From Escherichia phage AnYang: a stretch of 64,000 bases of DNA. The notes beneath the pieces were generated by a model. That model was given only the letters and a program-made list of their open reading frames with translations. It had not been told where the DNA came from and made no database searches. The DNA lies in the sequence record MK234886. The stretch is one strand, 5' to 3'. Below, piece by piece: positions 50,625 to 59,721 of the stretch. The position numbers and the translations under genes are program-made. The stretch's first letter is position 1, and each line of letters opens with the position of its first letter.

Positions 50625-50920
50625 GCCAATTTTACTCGCTTAACATATAAAGTGTCTAAAACTAATTTAAGTTCTCGGGCTCGTTCTTCGGTAGGATACA
50701 CGGTTTTGGTTTCCCACTTGTTAAACCACCATTTTCTAGGTGTGCACACTGTTTCAATGCGTCCCCTACTTAAATATTGTTTTGTATTGTATGAATACCC
50801 AGCGCATTCGAAATCAGCAGCGGCTTTTGTGGAATATAAGGTCACCTTTCCGTCATATTCCAATGGAATTTCATACCCGTCTTTGTCCTTGTGAACCAAT
50901 ACATATGCGTAATACATCAC
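50621..50920 (-). CDS. hypothetical protein (dda.1-like position)
   Basis: ORF track. Confidence 0.4.
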   Translation of the reverse strand: MMYYAYVLVHKDKDGYEIPLEYDGKVTLYSTKAAADFECAGYSYNTKQYLSRGRIETVCTPRKWWFNKWETKTVYPTEERARELKLVLDTLYVKRVKLA

Positions 50921-50921
50921 G

Positions 50922-51671
50922 TTAACCTCTAATCAGTGAAAAAATTGAAGCATTCAGCGGAAGACCTTTTTTCAACTTCAATTTGTCAATAAAAGAAAGG
51001 TGTTCTAAACGCTCCAGACCTTGAATAATTTTATCATACATATCGTAACGCGTTTCTGCTTCAGACAATTTAAACTTGACGCGCCAATCAGGCCCACCAA
51101 TTAAAGATTTAAGGCCTTTTTCCATAGTACCGATTGAAGCATTAGAACCATGGATACGAGCTTTAACCGCGATGACAGAAGGGGTCTTATCAGTAGCTCC
51201 TGATTTAATAAGGTCCTTAAGACGTTTTTCACGCTTTTTAAGGCCTCTTTGGGTATCTTTAATATTTTTAACGATTTTACGAATTTTATAATAATTATCG
51301 GGGGTAACTTTAAAACTATTAGGCATTTTAGAACTACCTGAAATACGGGACGCTAAACGAGTCTGTGCACGTTTCAATTCATCTAAAGACAAATCAGCGC
51401 GCAACCAGTTGTACTTAACTTTAACCGGGATTACATTACCTTCGATATAACCTATATCGTTGTTAAAGCGTTCAAAAGAAATCTTATCACTATCTGAATT
51501 CTCATCAAAGCGCTCGCCTGAATATGCACACACTTTTTGTTCAAGAAGTCTACGAACGTACTTACTAGACAGGTTAAAGTCCTTACCACGTTTTTTGGCA
51601 GAGGCTTTAGTGTGTTCGCGACGTTTGTAAACCTTTAACTCAAATTCATCAGTAGTTTTAATAGTAGGCAT
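50922..51671 (-). CDS. hypothetical protein at the T4 srd position
   Basis: 249 aa between dda.1 and the ModA/B-like genes; promoter 51712..51740; call by synteny only. Confidence 0.45.
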   Translation of the reverse strand: MPTIKTTDEFELKVYKRREHTKASAKKRGKDFNLSSKYVRRLLEQKVCAYSGERFDENSDSDKISFERFNNDIGYIEGNVIPVKVKYNWLRADLSLDELKRAQTRLASRISGSSKMPNSFKVTPDNYYKIRKIVKNIKDTQRGLKKREKRLKDLIKSGATDKTPSVIAVKARIHGSNASIGTMEKGLKSLIGGPDWRVKFKLSEAETRYDMYDKIIQGLERLEHLSFIDKLKLKKGLPLNASIFSLIRG

Positions 51672-51711
51672 AATATTTTTCTCATCTTACGGACGATTAG
51701 TTGATAGGTCT

Positions 51712-51740
51712 ATAGTATCACGTTGCTTGATAAAGTAAAC
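51712..51740 (-). promoter_or_regulatory. T4-type early promoter
   Basis: -35 GTTTAC (51735..51740), 17-nt spacer, -10 TACTAT (51712..51717). Confidence 0.6.
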
Positions 51741-51809
51741 ACTTTTTTGCTTTAAATTTTCGACGGTATAATGAATCAAGGACTTTGCCTTTCAATTAAA
51801 CCGGGTGGT

Positions 51810-52424
51810 TCAGTAAGAAAGAACGGAAAGATTCCAAATGGTGTAATTATTCCATTTAGGATTTCTCTCAATAGAGTCTACGCGCAGCGTAGTTCCCGCA
51901 GGGAACATCATCTCATCTTCATCATTTATTAATTGTAAGTTTGCTACACGGGTAGATTCAGGAAATGCGCCTGGGAACTCTTCAGGGGGTGCGGCACATA
52001 ACATTTTAAAGATTTCTTCCTGATAATTGTACACAAATGGTGCATCATTAATACAAAAGATATTAAATGTGCCGTAGAAGTTATAAGATGCGAAGTTACG
52101 AGCTACATTGAAATCTTTTGAGAAGCTCATTACTCGGTCGAATTCAATTACGGCACCTACACACATTGTGGACTCTAGATACTTCATAGTCTTTTTAGAT
52201 ATACCGCGATAGAGCTTATCAGGCACTACAGAAGTCAGGTTCTTACGAATAATTTTGTTCAGAGTTTCCTGGATATTATCTGGTTTATTTTCCATGCACT
52301 GCCAGAGCGTGCTCTGTTCTAAATCAGAATAAACCTCATCAATTTCTATCTGAGTATTCTCACGGAAATCATCGCATTTGGCGTTGTTGATAAATTCTGC
52401 TAATTTATGGCTCGGATATAACAT
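51810..52424 (-). CDS. ModA/ModB-like mono-ADP-ribosyltransferase (R-S-E class)
   Basis: LYRGIS (Arg), MSFSKD (Ser-x-Ser), EDEMMF (Glu); about 204 aa; paralog of the adjacent gene. Confidence 0.65.
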   Translation of the reverse strand: MLYPSHKLAEFINNAKCDDFRENTQIEIDEVYSDLEQSTLWQCMENKPDNIQETLNKIIRKNLTSVVPDKLYRGISKKTMKYLESTMCVGAVIEFDRVMSFSKDFNVARNFASYNFYGTFNIFCINDAPFVYNYQEEIFKMLCAAPPEEFPGAFPESTRVANLQLINDEDEMMFPAGTTLRVDSIERNPKWNNYTIWNLSVLSY

Positions 52425-52449
52425 ATTATTCTCCTCAGTTGGTAGAAAG

Positions 52450-52479
52450 ATAGTACCACAAGCTTCCTTGCCTGTAAAC
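52450..52479 (-). promoter_or_regulatory. T4-type early promoter
   Basis: -35 GTTTAC (52474..52479), 18-nt spacer, -10 TACTAT (52450..52455). Confidence 0.55.
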
Positions 52480-53048
52480 TAAAAATCCAACATTTTTAAA
52501 TGAATTGTTTTGTACTCGATTTCGCACGGGTCTCTTTTGACGGTTTCGATTTCAACAATCTCGAATCGTGATAGGCCGGAGACCATGAACTCACATTCAG
52601 TTTCAACCATATCATAGAGGTCAATACGAGTTTCATCAATTTCAAGGTCGTCTACATTCCCTGCAAGAACAAGGTCGATAGCATGGTTGTAGTAGTCGAA
52701 AATGAACGGTGCATTCCTGAGACTTAAAATGGTTTTGGTTCCGTATTCCCATGCCCCTGCGAACTGACGAGCCTGAGAGTATTGTGTACTAAAAGAAGTA
52801 ACGCGACCAGGAGACCATTGACAACCTACTGAAAGGAGCTCTAATTGCTCAAGTTCTCTGGTGGTAATCCCACGATACAACTCTACCGGAACCGCTGAAG
52901 TAACATGCTTACGGACTAGTTTGTCGAGGTCGTAATGGAAGTTAGGGTCCTTTTTAGCATCCAGACATTTCTCTAACAACGCTTGTTCAGATTTTGAAAA
53001 TTTGGAATTGATTCGGTCTTGATAAAGACATTTTTGTTCGATGTTCAT
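52479..53048 (-). CDS. ModA/ModB-like mono-ADP-ribosyltransferase (R-S-E class)
   Basis: LYRGIT, TSFST, ECEFMV; about 189 aa; promoter 53073..53101. Confidence 0.65.
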   Translation of the reverse strand: MNIEQKCLYQDRINSKFSKSEQALLEKCLDAKKDPNFHYDLDKLVRKHVTSAVPVELYRGITTRELEQLELLSVGCQWSPGRVTSFSTQYSQARQFAGAWEYGTKTILSLRNAPFIFDYYNHAIDLVLAGNVDDLEIDETRIDLYDMVETECEFMVSGLSRFEIVEIETVKRDPCEIEYKTIHLKMLDF

Positions 53049-53072
53049 ATGACCTCCAGTGATTTAGAGGTC

Positions 53073-53101
53073 ATTATAACATGAAGGGAGGAGGTGTAAA
53101 C
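53073..53101 (-). promoter_or_regulatory. T4-type early promoter with stem-loop
   Basis: -35 GTTTAC (53096..53101), 17-nt spacer, -10 TATAAT (53073..53078); inverted repeat GACCTC/GAGGTC. Confidence 0.6.
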
Positions 53102-53337
53102 TACTTAAACACACCAAGTGGGACGCCAAACACTGCAATGTCAGCAGCCATGCCTAATGAGGATTGGGTATATGAAGTATAGGAGCTTTTTGATTCATAA
53201 GAGCTTTTTGTTTCTGGCGCCTTGGCCGTAATCTTAGGAGCTTTTGCCTGAATATTTTTTTGCTCGATTTCCTTACGAGCTTGTTTACGGTCGATATCCA
53301 ACGTCGATGTAGGTATATTAGTTAGCCAATTCATCAT
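53101..53337 (-). CDS. hypothetical protein
   Basis: ORF track; start uncertain. Confidence 0.35.
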   Translation of the reverse strand: MMNWLTNIPTSTLDIDRKQARKEIEQKNIQAKAPKITAKAPETKSSYESKSSYTSYTQSSLGMAADIAVFGVPLGVFK

Positions 53338-53522
53338 TTTACCCAAGGAGCCCATGGAGGAGGGTCTAAGTAATAAGAAGCTAGGTCGCTAAGAGCATCT
53401 TTAGGCAACTTAAAACCATGCTTCTGTATAATCATATCAAGCTCATTGACGAGGTCAACAGGCGGCTCCTGAGTTGTTTCAGGCTCAGGGTCCGGAATGA
53501 CAAACATATCAAATAGGTCCAT
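53334..53522 (-). CDS. hypothetical protein (62 aa)
   Basis: ORF track. Confidence 0.35.
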   Translation of the reverse strand: MDLFDMFVIPDPEPETTQEPPVDLVNELDMIIQKHGFKLPKDALSDLASYYLDPPPWAPWVK

Positions 53523-54013
53523 TAGTAACCACCGATAGGACCGTACTCGTACATACGAGCTCGCACCTTAGCATCAAAAATAGCGTCTTCAGTCATGGTA
53601 AAGCGCAATCCAATATCAAAGTGTTTCCAAATCTGACGTTCGACTTCAGTAAGGTCTTCGGTAGCGGAAATCAGATAAGTACGACCTTTAAGACGTTCGT
53701 TGGACATTCTATCGGTATCTTTATAGAAAATATCCATTGTTCCTTCGGTATATGGGTCTGCCGGATAACGATAACCCTTGATATGTAATGCTTCAGCCAG
53801 GCTAAAAGGACAACCTTCAGCAACATCAACATTTTTGTTATGGTAAGCCTTCATCATAATATTTTCTGGCAGCTTAATATCTTTTAATCGTGTTTCTAAC
53901 TGGGTTATAGAATTCGTACCATTATCGACAAGGATAAGACACGCCGTAGCATCATAAGGACGCGTTTGTCCTGCAGAATCACGAACAAAGAATTCTAGTT
54001 CATAAACTTTCAT
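53522..54013 (-). CDS. hypothetical protein (163 aa)
   Basis: ORF track. Confidence 0.45.
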   Translation of the reverse strand: MKVYELEFFVRDSAGQTRPYDATACLILVDNGTNSITQLETRLKDIKLPENIMMKAYHNKNVDVAEGCPFSLAEALHIKGYRYPADPYTEGTMDIFYKDTDRMSNERLKGRTYLISATEDLTEVERQIWKHFDIGLRFTMTEDAIFDAKVRARMYEYGPIGGY

Positions 54014-54163
54014 TATGTTTTCCTCTTCTTAGTTTACCTACTAAAGGACCATCCGGAATTTTATTTTCTTGGATGTATTTCTCGTTTTCTTCCATCATTT
54101 TACTACCAATTTTAAGAAGCAAATCTAATGCCTCTTTAGCACGTTCTTCAGCCTCTTTAATAG

Positions 54164-54364
54164 TCATGATTTATCCCCATAGATATCACGCATAATCCTA
54201 AGGGCTTCGCGTTCTAATTTCTTTTCGCGTTCTTCACGGATACCTTTAAGAATCCATTCTTCGGAGTCACGTTTCATTTCTGCATTGGCTTGGTCTAACC
54301 ATCCGTCATCAAGATAATCACCAGGACGATCTAGCCAATCTTTAAGCCATGATAAAGGTTTCAT
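54164..54364 (-). CDS. hypothetical protein (66 aa)
   Basis: ORF track. Confidence 0.35.
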   Translation of the reverse strand: MKPLSWLKDWLDRPGDYLDDGWLDQANAEMKRDSEEWILKGIREEREKKLEREALRIMRDIYGDKS

Positions 54365-54681
54365 TAATCACACGAGCTGGACGATGAGCCACAGCTTCCC
54401 GAGTCAGAATAAGACGAATCGCCGGTCCATGAACTAACAGCTGCCGCAACCATAATAGGAGTAGTATCAATATGGCTTGTGCGACGAGCTTCTAGATGTT
54501 CTTTAAACTTTTTAGAATTCAAAGGAAGAGCGCCTGGCCCCACATTACCAGCTTTTTCAGGTTGACGGGTAACTTCTTCCATCATACCATCGCCCACATA
54601 AACATATTCCTTCGGACCTGAGATAGGAACCATCCCTTCACCGGGTTTGGTCTTGAAAAAATTCTTAAGCCAACGAATCAT
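54364..54681 (-). CDS. hypothetical protein with Ser/Cys-rich C-terminus
   Basis: ORF track; C-terminal SSYSDSGSCGSSSSSCD. Confidence 0.4.
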   Translation of the reverse strand: MIRWLKNFFKTKPGEGMVPISGPKEYVYVGDGMMEEVTRQPEKAGNVGPGALPLNSKKFKEHLEARRTSHIDTTPIMVAAAVSSWTGDSSYSDSGSCGSSSSSCD

Positions 54682-54895
54682 AGGAAACCTCGTTTAAATT
54701 CAACTTTATCGATATCATCAGTCTCGTGACGGATTTCGGCATTAAATTCGATAGAACCGTCTTCATGCATCATAAATGAATGGACAATAACTTCGGTATA
54801 CCAAGGCGTATAGAAGTACTTTTTCAATACGTGGTTAGCTATAATTTCATCCAGACCTTTATTAGGTTTAATCCAACGATTTAACATAGTGTTCT
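54678..54895 (-). CDS. hypothetical protein; start trimmed to internal Met
   Basis: ORF-track N-terminus overlaps soc and the terminator hairpin. Confidence 0.35.
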
Positions 54896-54949
54896 CCTCT
54901 ATAAGATAAGACCATCTTAACACAACCTTCCTGGAAAGTAAACCCTTAA

Positions 54950-54975
54950 AACCAAAAAAGGAACCCGAAGGTTCC
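54950..54975 (-). terminator. intrinsic terminator downstream of soc
   Basis: GGAACC-TTCG-GGTTCC hairpin followed by TTTTTTGG. Confidence 0.7.
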
Positions 54976-54981
54976 TTATAA

Positions 54982-55215
54982 TTAAACAATATCAGTTGGC
55001 GTAAACATCGCCGCGTTTTTGGTCTTCCAGTCAGCAGCATCAGTCACTACGGTTGAGTAGGCTGCAACGGCTGAAGGGAAAGTCTGATAATGAGCATTAG
55101 CGATACGATGTTCGTTAGAATAGATTTCAAACGGGACAGAAACCTCGGTACCTTTAACTTCTTTACCTTCACCAGCCGGATGCGTAAAGGTTTTGATATT
55201 AACGAAACCACCCAT
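54982..55215 (-). CDS. soc: Soc small outer capsid protein
   Basis: GFVNIKTF...AHYQTFPS..AAYSTV matches remembered T4 Soc; late promoter at 55247..55254; terminator downstream. Confidence 0.8.
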   Translation of the reverse strand: MGGFVNIKTFTHPAGEGKEVKGTEVSVPFEIYSNEHRIANAHYQTFPSAVAAYSTVVTDAADWKTKNAAMFTPTDIV

Positions 55216-55246
55216 AATAAACTCCTTTGTTGTTTAATTACAGGTG

Positions 55247-55254
55247 TATTTATA
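55247..55254 (-). promoter_or_regulatory. T4 late promoter (soc)
   Basis: Plus-strand tatttata is TATAAATA on the minus strand, about 32 nt upstream of the soc start. Confidence 0.6.
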
Positions 55255-55945
55255 TATCTCTAAAAGAGTATATTAAATTTTTGAGAGCACTTGCGGTAAC
55301 GTCATATTTACCTTTAAGTTCTTTGACTACAGGACCTGTAGTTGGTTTACCTAATGAAAGCCAAATATTATAGATTTCGCTTTTCAATGGTTCATGCCAA
55401 TGAGGAGCAGTTCGTTGAGCTTTAGAAGTGGCTTCAGATATTAATTTATTCCCACCATTCTCATAAAACTCTTTCATTATTTCTGATTGACGAGCTTTAC
55501 GTTCAGGCCTATTCTGAGCTATAGCTTGAGCCTTCCTCATTTTAATCTTAGTTTCAGGTTTATTTAATCTAAGCTTGTGCTCTATACACTGTTCTTCAGT
55601 CCATTTATGTCCTTCGCTGCCAGCGCCACCTGGTAATATATTCAAGCATTCGTTAGGATGCTTTTCTCTTATTTTGGCTATTAAAAGTCTTTCATGATTA
55701 AAAGATTCTTCTAAATTTTGGTGGCCTACAAACCAACGTATTTTATATTTTAGACCATACTTTTTATACATATTCCATAAGATTTTGCCAGAACCTGGAT
55801 ATCTATCTTTATTTGGATTTAGTATAAAGGTTTCATGTTTACCACCATACCAAAAGACGCCTTTCGGCGTCCTAATTTTTATCAAATAAGTTCTATAAAA
55901 CTTAGCCTTAATAGCCACGGTCCTGCCTTGCAAAGTTTTCAGCAT
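55250..55945 (-). CDS. freestanding GIY-YIG-like homing endonuclease (segF-like position)
   Basis: YLIKIRTPKGVFWYGGKHE N-terminus with basic helix-rich C-terminal half; adjacent to gene 56 as T4 segF. Confidence 0.55.
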   Translation of the reverse strand: MLKTLQGRTVAIKAKFYRTYLIKIRTPKGVFWYGGKHETFILNPNKDRYPGSGKILWNMYKKYGLKYKIRWFVGHQNLEESFNHERLLIAKIREKHPNECLNILPGGAGSEGHKWTEEQCIEHKLRLNKPETKIKMRKAQAIAQNRPERKARQSEIMKEFYENGGNKLISEATSKAQRTAPHWHEPLKSEIYNIWLSLGKPTTGPVVKELKGKYDVTASALKNLIYSFRDI

Positions 55946-56426
55946 TCTTCAGATAATAAAGTTTAAACATTTCTTCAGCCGACATATTCAGGCCAATAGC
56001 CATATTGAATACGAAGTGCATAATATCAATGAGTTCAAATTTAATTTCAAGCTGGTCTTCAGGAGACATTTCTGAAATAGGTTTGGCTTGTGCTTCCGGG
56101 TAACGGGCTTTCCATTTTTTCCATACAGCAGATGCATCTTTCTCACCTTTAGACATTTCACCGAGGGAAGTCAGAAGTTCACGGAATTCATCGTCAATAC
56201 AATCTTTCTGTTCACGCATCCAAGCAACAACATCACCGGCTGTCGCTAATTTGTCCGGATGGTAACAATATTCACGGTCATTAGCCAAACGGACCTGTAA
56301 TGATTTCTGCATATCAAGCATAACCTGCAGAGGGTCTTTATCTTCGTGAATCAGAGCATTAAAATAAGCTTCCTCAGCTTTATCAACACCGTCAATCAGG
56401 TTTGCGCATTCGTTAAAGTATGCCAT
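55908..56426 (-). CDS. 56: gp56 dCTPase/dUTPase (MazG-like)
   Basis: 172 aa; size and position match T4 gp56; EE-rich MazG-type motifs. Confidence 0.85.
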   Translation of the reverse strand: MAYFNECANLIDGVDKAEEAYFNALIHEDKDPLQVMLDMQKSLQVRLANDREYCYHPDKLATAGDVVAWMREQKDCIDDEFRELLTSLGEMSKGEKDASAVWKKWKARYPEAQAKPISEMSPEDQLEIKFELIDIMHFVFNMAIGLNMSAEEMFKLYYLKNAENFARQDRGY

Positions 56427-56519
56427 TATATTTTTTCCTTTTTCAATTCATTAGTAAGTTAGATAATTATAAACTGTTTAGATTAAAGCGAATAAATATT
56501 AATTTAACAGGAGGATAAC

Positions 56520-56720
56520 ATGGGTAGTATTTTTTACCAAATCTGGAAATTGGCCGAAAAGAAAGACAAGAAAATGATGTTAGGTTTTCTTGCGCTAGAC
56601 GTATTCCTTTGGAATCTTCTGGTAGTTCCTGTAGCCGCTAGCCAAGGTATAATTTTACCAGCGGTTACAATGGAACACGTGTTAAGCATAATTGGATTCT
56701 TTACCGGAATCCACGCTTAA
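56520..56720 (+). CDS. small hydrophobic protein (66 aa) on the plus strand
   Basis: Strong SD AGGAGGATAACATG; predicted membrane helices; the only plus-strand ORF with an SD in a minus-strand block. Confidence 0.35.
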   Translation: MGSIFYQIWKLAEKKDKKMMLGFLALDVFLWNLLVVPVAASQGIILPAVTMEHVLSIIGFFTGIHA

Positions 56721-57745
56721 ATTTTGGAATATTTTGAAAGTCTCATTTTTGCCATTAGACCTTGGGCGATATTTGCTTTCATATATGCCAGTACATCATT
56801 TATATCGGCTTTATCTTTCATAACCATATCATTTATATCTTTAGAAGGCCATGGAGCCTTGTCCCAGAATAGAACCCTTTCGCCAGCATCAACTAATCGT
56901 TGCATACGCTTAATTGTGTCAGGATGGCGGGGTTCATTGTCCATTACCCAGGCACGAGTTTCTTTACACGGAACCATAGCCAAGTCCAACGACCCACCAG
57001 TAATTGCTATTGCATTAGGTACGAATAATGAATCAATAGGACCTTCCATTACCCACACCAACTGACGTTCGTCAACTGTATCCATTCCATATATTTTTGT
57101 AGCTTGGTCATGAGCTTTTATTGTAATATATTTTTGTGGAGCATCTTTACGTAAGGCTCGACCCTGAAAACTTTCAATTTGTTTATTCTTATTGAAAATT
57201 GGAATAACCAAACGAGGTTCAGGCATTTCTTTAGAATAGGTCCCTGGATTCACAGAGTTAACTAATGCAGGCCATTCTTTAGTAAACCATAGCCGATTCC
57301 ATTTGTTTTCAGGAATGCAACGTAGTGTTACGTATTTGATGATAGGATGGTCCTTTGGCATCCTATCTAATCGTTCACAGAAATTAAGCTTTTCGATGAC
57401 AGGCATCTTAGCTTTAATTTTTTCAGATATCTCCACCTTAGGTGCAGCTTGTCTCCCGAACGATTGCTCTTTATGTTTCTCAAGAATATATTCACGATAT
57501 AAATCAGGCTCGTATTCGTATAGATACTTCTTAATTCCTGCTGAATAGTCACAGTTAAAACAGTGCAGCATTACGGAGCCGTCATTAGCAGGATAGGCCC
57601 AAAAACGAGCTTTGTTCTCATCTTTTAGGGAGTCACCGCATACACGACAACGACAGTTTAATTTAAAATCACTACCAGTTACTTGTCTGAATTTAGGTTG
57701 GTAATTCAAGGCACGTACAGCAAATTCTCTATCGACATATGACAT
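56717..57745 (-). CDS. 61: gp61 DNA primase
   Basis: 342 aa; N-terminal zinc ribbon CRCRVCGDS...CFNC; size identical to T4 gp61. Confidence 0.9.
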   Translation of the reverse strand: MSYVDREFAVRALNYQPKFRQVTGSDFKLNCRCRVCGDSLKDENKARFWAYPANDGSVMLHCFNCDYSAGIKKYLYEYEPDLYREYILEKHKEQSFGRQAAPKVEISEKIKAKMPVIEKLNFCERLDRMPKDHPIIKYVTLRCIPENKWNRLWFTKEWPALVNSVNPGTYSKEMPEPRLVIPIFNKNKQIESFQGRALRKDAPQKYITIKAHDQATKIYGMDTVDERQLVWVMEGPIDSLFVPNAIAITGGSLDLAMVPCKETRAWVMDNEPRHPDTIKRMQRLVDAGERVLFWDKAPWPSKDINDMVMKDKADINDVLAYMKANIAQGLMAKMRLSKYSKI

Positions 57746-57783
57746 TATTTTTCCTTGGGCTCTAAATTAATAGAGCCATTATA

Positions 57784-57945
57784 TCATTCGTTTTCGGATT
57801 TTTCTTTACGCTTTTTAGATGGGATTTGTTCAGGCCCTTTGTTGACGACCGCGCCTGAGGTAGTTCCGGAGGCAATAGCAGTAGGATTACCACCTGCATC
57901 ACCTGCGACCATATCTTCGTTCATAACTTCTTTAAAAGATTTCAT
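57784..57945 (-). CDS. small hydrophilic protein (53 aa), not in ORF track
   Basis: Manual translation MKSFKEVMNEDMVAGDAGGNPTAIASGTTSGAVVNKGPEQIPSKKRKEKSENE; SD AGGAG; TATAAATA late-promoter motif just upstream. Confidence 0.3.
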   Translation of the reverse strand: MKSFKEVMNEDMVAGDAGGNPTAIASGTTSGAVVNKGPEQIPSKKRKEKSENE

Positions 57946-57958
57946 AGGCTCCTGGCCT

Positions 57959-57966
57959 TATTTATA
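57959..57966 (-). promoter_or_regulatory. candidate T4 late promoter
   Basis: TATAAATA on the minus strand 14 nt upstream of the 53-aa ORF 57784..57945. Confidence 0.4.
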
Positions 57967-58153
57967 TTACGAAAATAGCTTTATCACCATTTGCATCAGT
58001 GACTTCATAGGTATCTTCGTTGTAAAGTGGAATAATCCAAGTCACACCATCACCAGCAATAATATGGATAGCTTCTTGGTCTTTTGATACGATTTCATAT
58101 TCTTCGAATAATTCGAATACAGAAATCTTAGAGCCCGTACACATTGCACTCAT
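57962..58153 (-). CDS. hypothetical protein (63 aa)
   Basis: ORF track. Confidence 0.35.
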   Translation of the reverse strand: MSAMCTGSKISVFELFEEYEIVSKDQEAIHIIAGDGVTWIIPLYNEDTYEVTDANGDKAIFVI

Positions 58154-58349
58154 ATTGTTCCCTTCTTTTAATCAGTTGACGATGAGCCTTTTTAAGTTTG
58201 CGAAGCTGACGTTTAGTTGGCCGCGCAACATAAGCTTGAGTAGTTACTCGTCCAAAAACACCGTACTTAGGTGAAGGAGAATCGATAAAGACTTCCCACT
58301 GACAAGAGTAACTATACACTGCTTTAGAGAATTGAGTTAAGACAAACAT
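58128..58349 (-). CDS. small basic protein, paralog of 59137..59376
   Basis: Shared C-terminal PTKRQ[IL]R basic motif with the 79-aa ORF. Confidence 0.4.
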   Translation of the reverse strand: MFVLTQFSKAVYSYSCQWEVFIDSPSPKYGVFGRVTTQAYVARPTKRQLRKLKKAHRQLIKRREQYECNVYGL

Positions 58350-58350
58350 A

Positions 58351-58791
58351 TTAACCTCGATTCATAAAGGCATTAAAAATCTGGTCATCGATTGAATAAA
58401 CCGGGGCCTCCAGAATTTTCAACAGACTATTTTTGATGTACTTGCTAGGGATATCCATATTAACGCCGTCATTCAATTCGTTGTCCGGGAGGATGTCTTT
58501 AAATTCAAATCCATCAAACTCAACCTTGTCGGGAATACCTTCAGCGAAAAAATAAACCAATTGGTGCATTGCATTGCACGAAAATAATTTAGACCTCACC
58601 GCAATAAGTTCTTGCCAATGGTTTAATTCTCTGTTAAGAAGTTTATGAGCCATTGTAATTCTATCATCACTATCAACAAGAAAATAACCTAGGTATTGGT
58701 GGTCGTCGCTCCAATACATCCGGTATGCTTGTGCATTTGGATTTTTACAACGAAGTTTTTTGATAACTAAATTTCTGTTAATCTTATTCAC
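58351..58791 (-). CDS. hypothetical protein (146 aa)
   Basis: ORF track. Confidence 0.45.
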   Translation of the reverse strand: MNKINRNLVIKKLRCKNPNAQAYRMYWSDDHQYLGYFLVDSDDRITMAHKLLNRELNHWQELIAVRSKLFSCNAMHQLVYFFAEGIPDKVEFDGFEFKDILPDNELNDGVNMDIPSKYIKNSLLKILEAPVYSIDDQIFNAFMNRG

Positions 58792-59077
58792 CTGTCACCT
58801 CTTTAACGATATTTTTGTTATCGAAATTGGCATCGCAATACAAAACATAGTTATATTGCATAACACCACCTGAAGCTAATTGGTCTGACACTTCTTTAGC
58901 CATATTAGGGCGGTCGCGTTTAGTGATGTTCATGATATCGGCATAAATCTGGTGTTCAACCGATTCTTGGTCTGCAGTCATAGACCATTCACAAAGGTCT
59001 TTATCCAATCCAGCCGTAACTGGAGCCGTACCACATGATGCTACTGTAAGGATTGCTGCGATTAATAACTTTTTCAT
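58784..59077 (-). CDS. putative secreted lipoprotein; start moved to ATG 59077
   Basis: MKKLLIAAILTVASCG signal peptide with lipobox; promoter 59106..59135. Confidence 0.45.
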   Translation of the reverse strand: MKKLLIAAILTVASCGTAPVTAGLDKDLCEWSMTADQESVEHQIYADIMNITKRDRPNMAKEVSDQLASGGVMQYNYVLYCDANFDNKNIVKEVTGE

Positions 59078-59105
59078 TTTTAACTCCTCGTTAGTTGATA
59101 GGTCT

Positions 59106-59135
59106 ATAGTATCACTACCATAGACCGTTGTAAAC
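59106..59135 (-). promoter_or_regulatory. T4-type early promoter with stem-loop
   Basis: -35 GTTTAC (59130..59135), 18-nt spacer, -10 TACTAT (59106..59111); inverted repeat GGTCTAT/ATAGACC. Confidence 0.6.
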
Positions 59136-59136
59136 A

Positions 59137-59376
59137 CTATTTCAGCGAATCTTCCAAATAAATTTTACGGAATTTACGTTTTGTCTGACGAATCTGACGC
59201 TTAGTAGGCTTCACAGGAAAATCGAAGAACTCTACGTATTCTTGTTCATAATCGTTGTGACCGACTGAAAGAACCAGTTCCCAGTTGCTTACAGTACGTT
59301 GGATAAACATATTATGCTTACCAAAGGATTTATTCCAAAAAGAACTAGGAGTTGGTTTCATTAATACAATATTCAT
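59137..59376 (-). CDS. small basic protein, paralog of 58128..58349
   Basis: C-terminal VKPTKRQIRQTKRKFRK. Confidence 0.4.
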   Translation of the reverse strand: MNIVLMKPTPSSFWNKSFGKHNMFIQRTVSNWELVLSVGHNDYEQEYVEFFDFPVKPTKRQIRQTKRKFRKIYLEDSLK

Positions 59377-59517
59377 TTATTCCTCGCCTTCATGTTTATG
59401 GGCAATTTCTTCGAATTCGCTGTCACAGTCTAAACAGGTTGCGTTATCCCAAGCATCAAATACCGCTTGGTCTTCGCAGACCGAACAACCACATACTACA
59501 CATTCAAATTCTTCCAT
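59377..59517 (-). CDS. Cys-rich acidic peptide (46 aa), not in ORF track
   Basis: Manual translation MEEFECVVCGCSVCEDQAVFDAWDNATCLDCDSEFEEIAHKHEGEE; start abuts the dmd stop. Confidence 0.35.
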   Translation of the reverse strand: MEEFECVVCGCSVCEDQAVFDAWDNATCLDCDSEFEEIAHKHEGEE

Positions 59518-59721
59518 TTAGATTTCCTCAATGCGGGCATCATATTCAAAAACTTTATTGTCATCAACAAAGGCTTTCACCAGCGCATTATTCACTTCTG
59601 CATACTGCACTGTAACCCATTCAATCATATTTTGGTCACTAACATCCAGAACGGTTTCTTTGGTAAACATATTACCATTTTCAAACCAACCAATAAACAC
59701 TACTTTCTCTAATTTAGGCAT
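59518..59721 (-). CDS. dmd: Dmd-like antitoxin (inhibitor of RnlA/LsoA toxins)
   Basis: KVVFIGWFENGNMFTKE...QYAEVNNALVKAF.DD matches my recollection of T4 Dmd; about 67 aa. Confidence 0.7.
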   Translation of the reverse strand: MPKLEKVVFIGWFENGNMFTKETVLDVSDQNMIEWVTVQYAEVNNALVKAFVDDNKVFEYDARIEEI

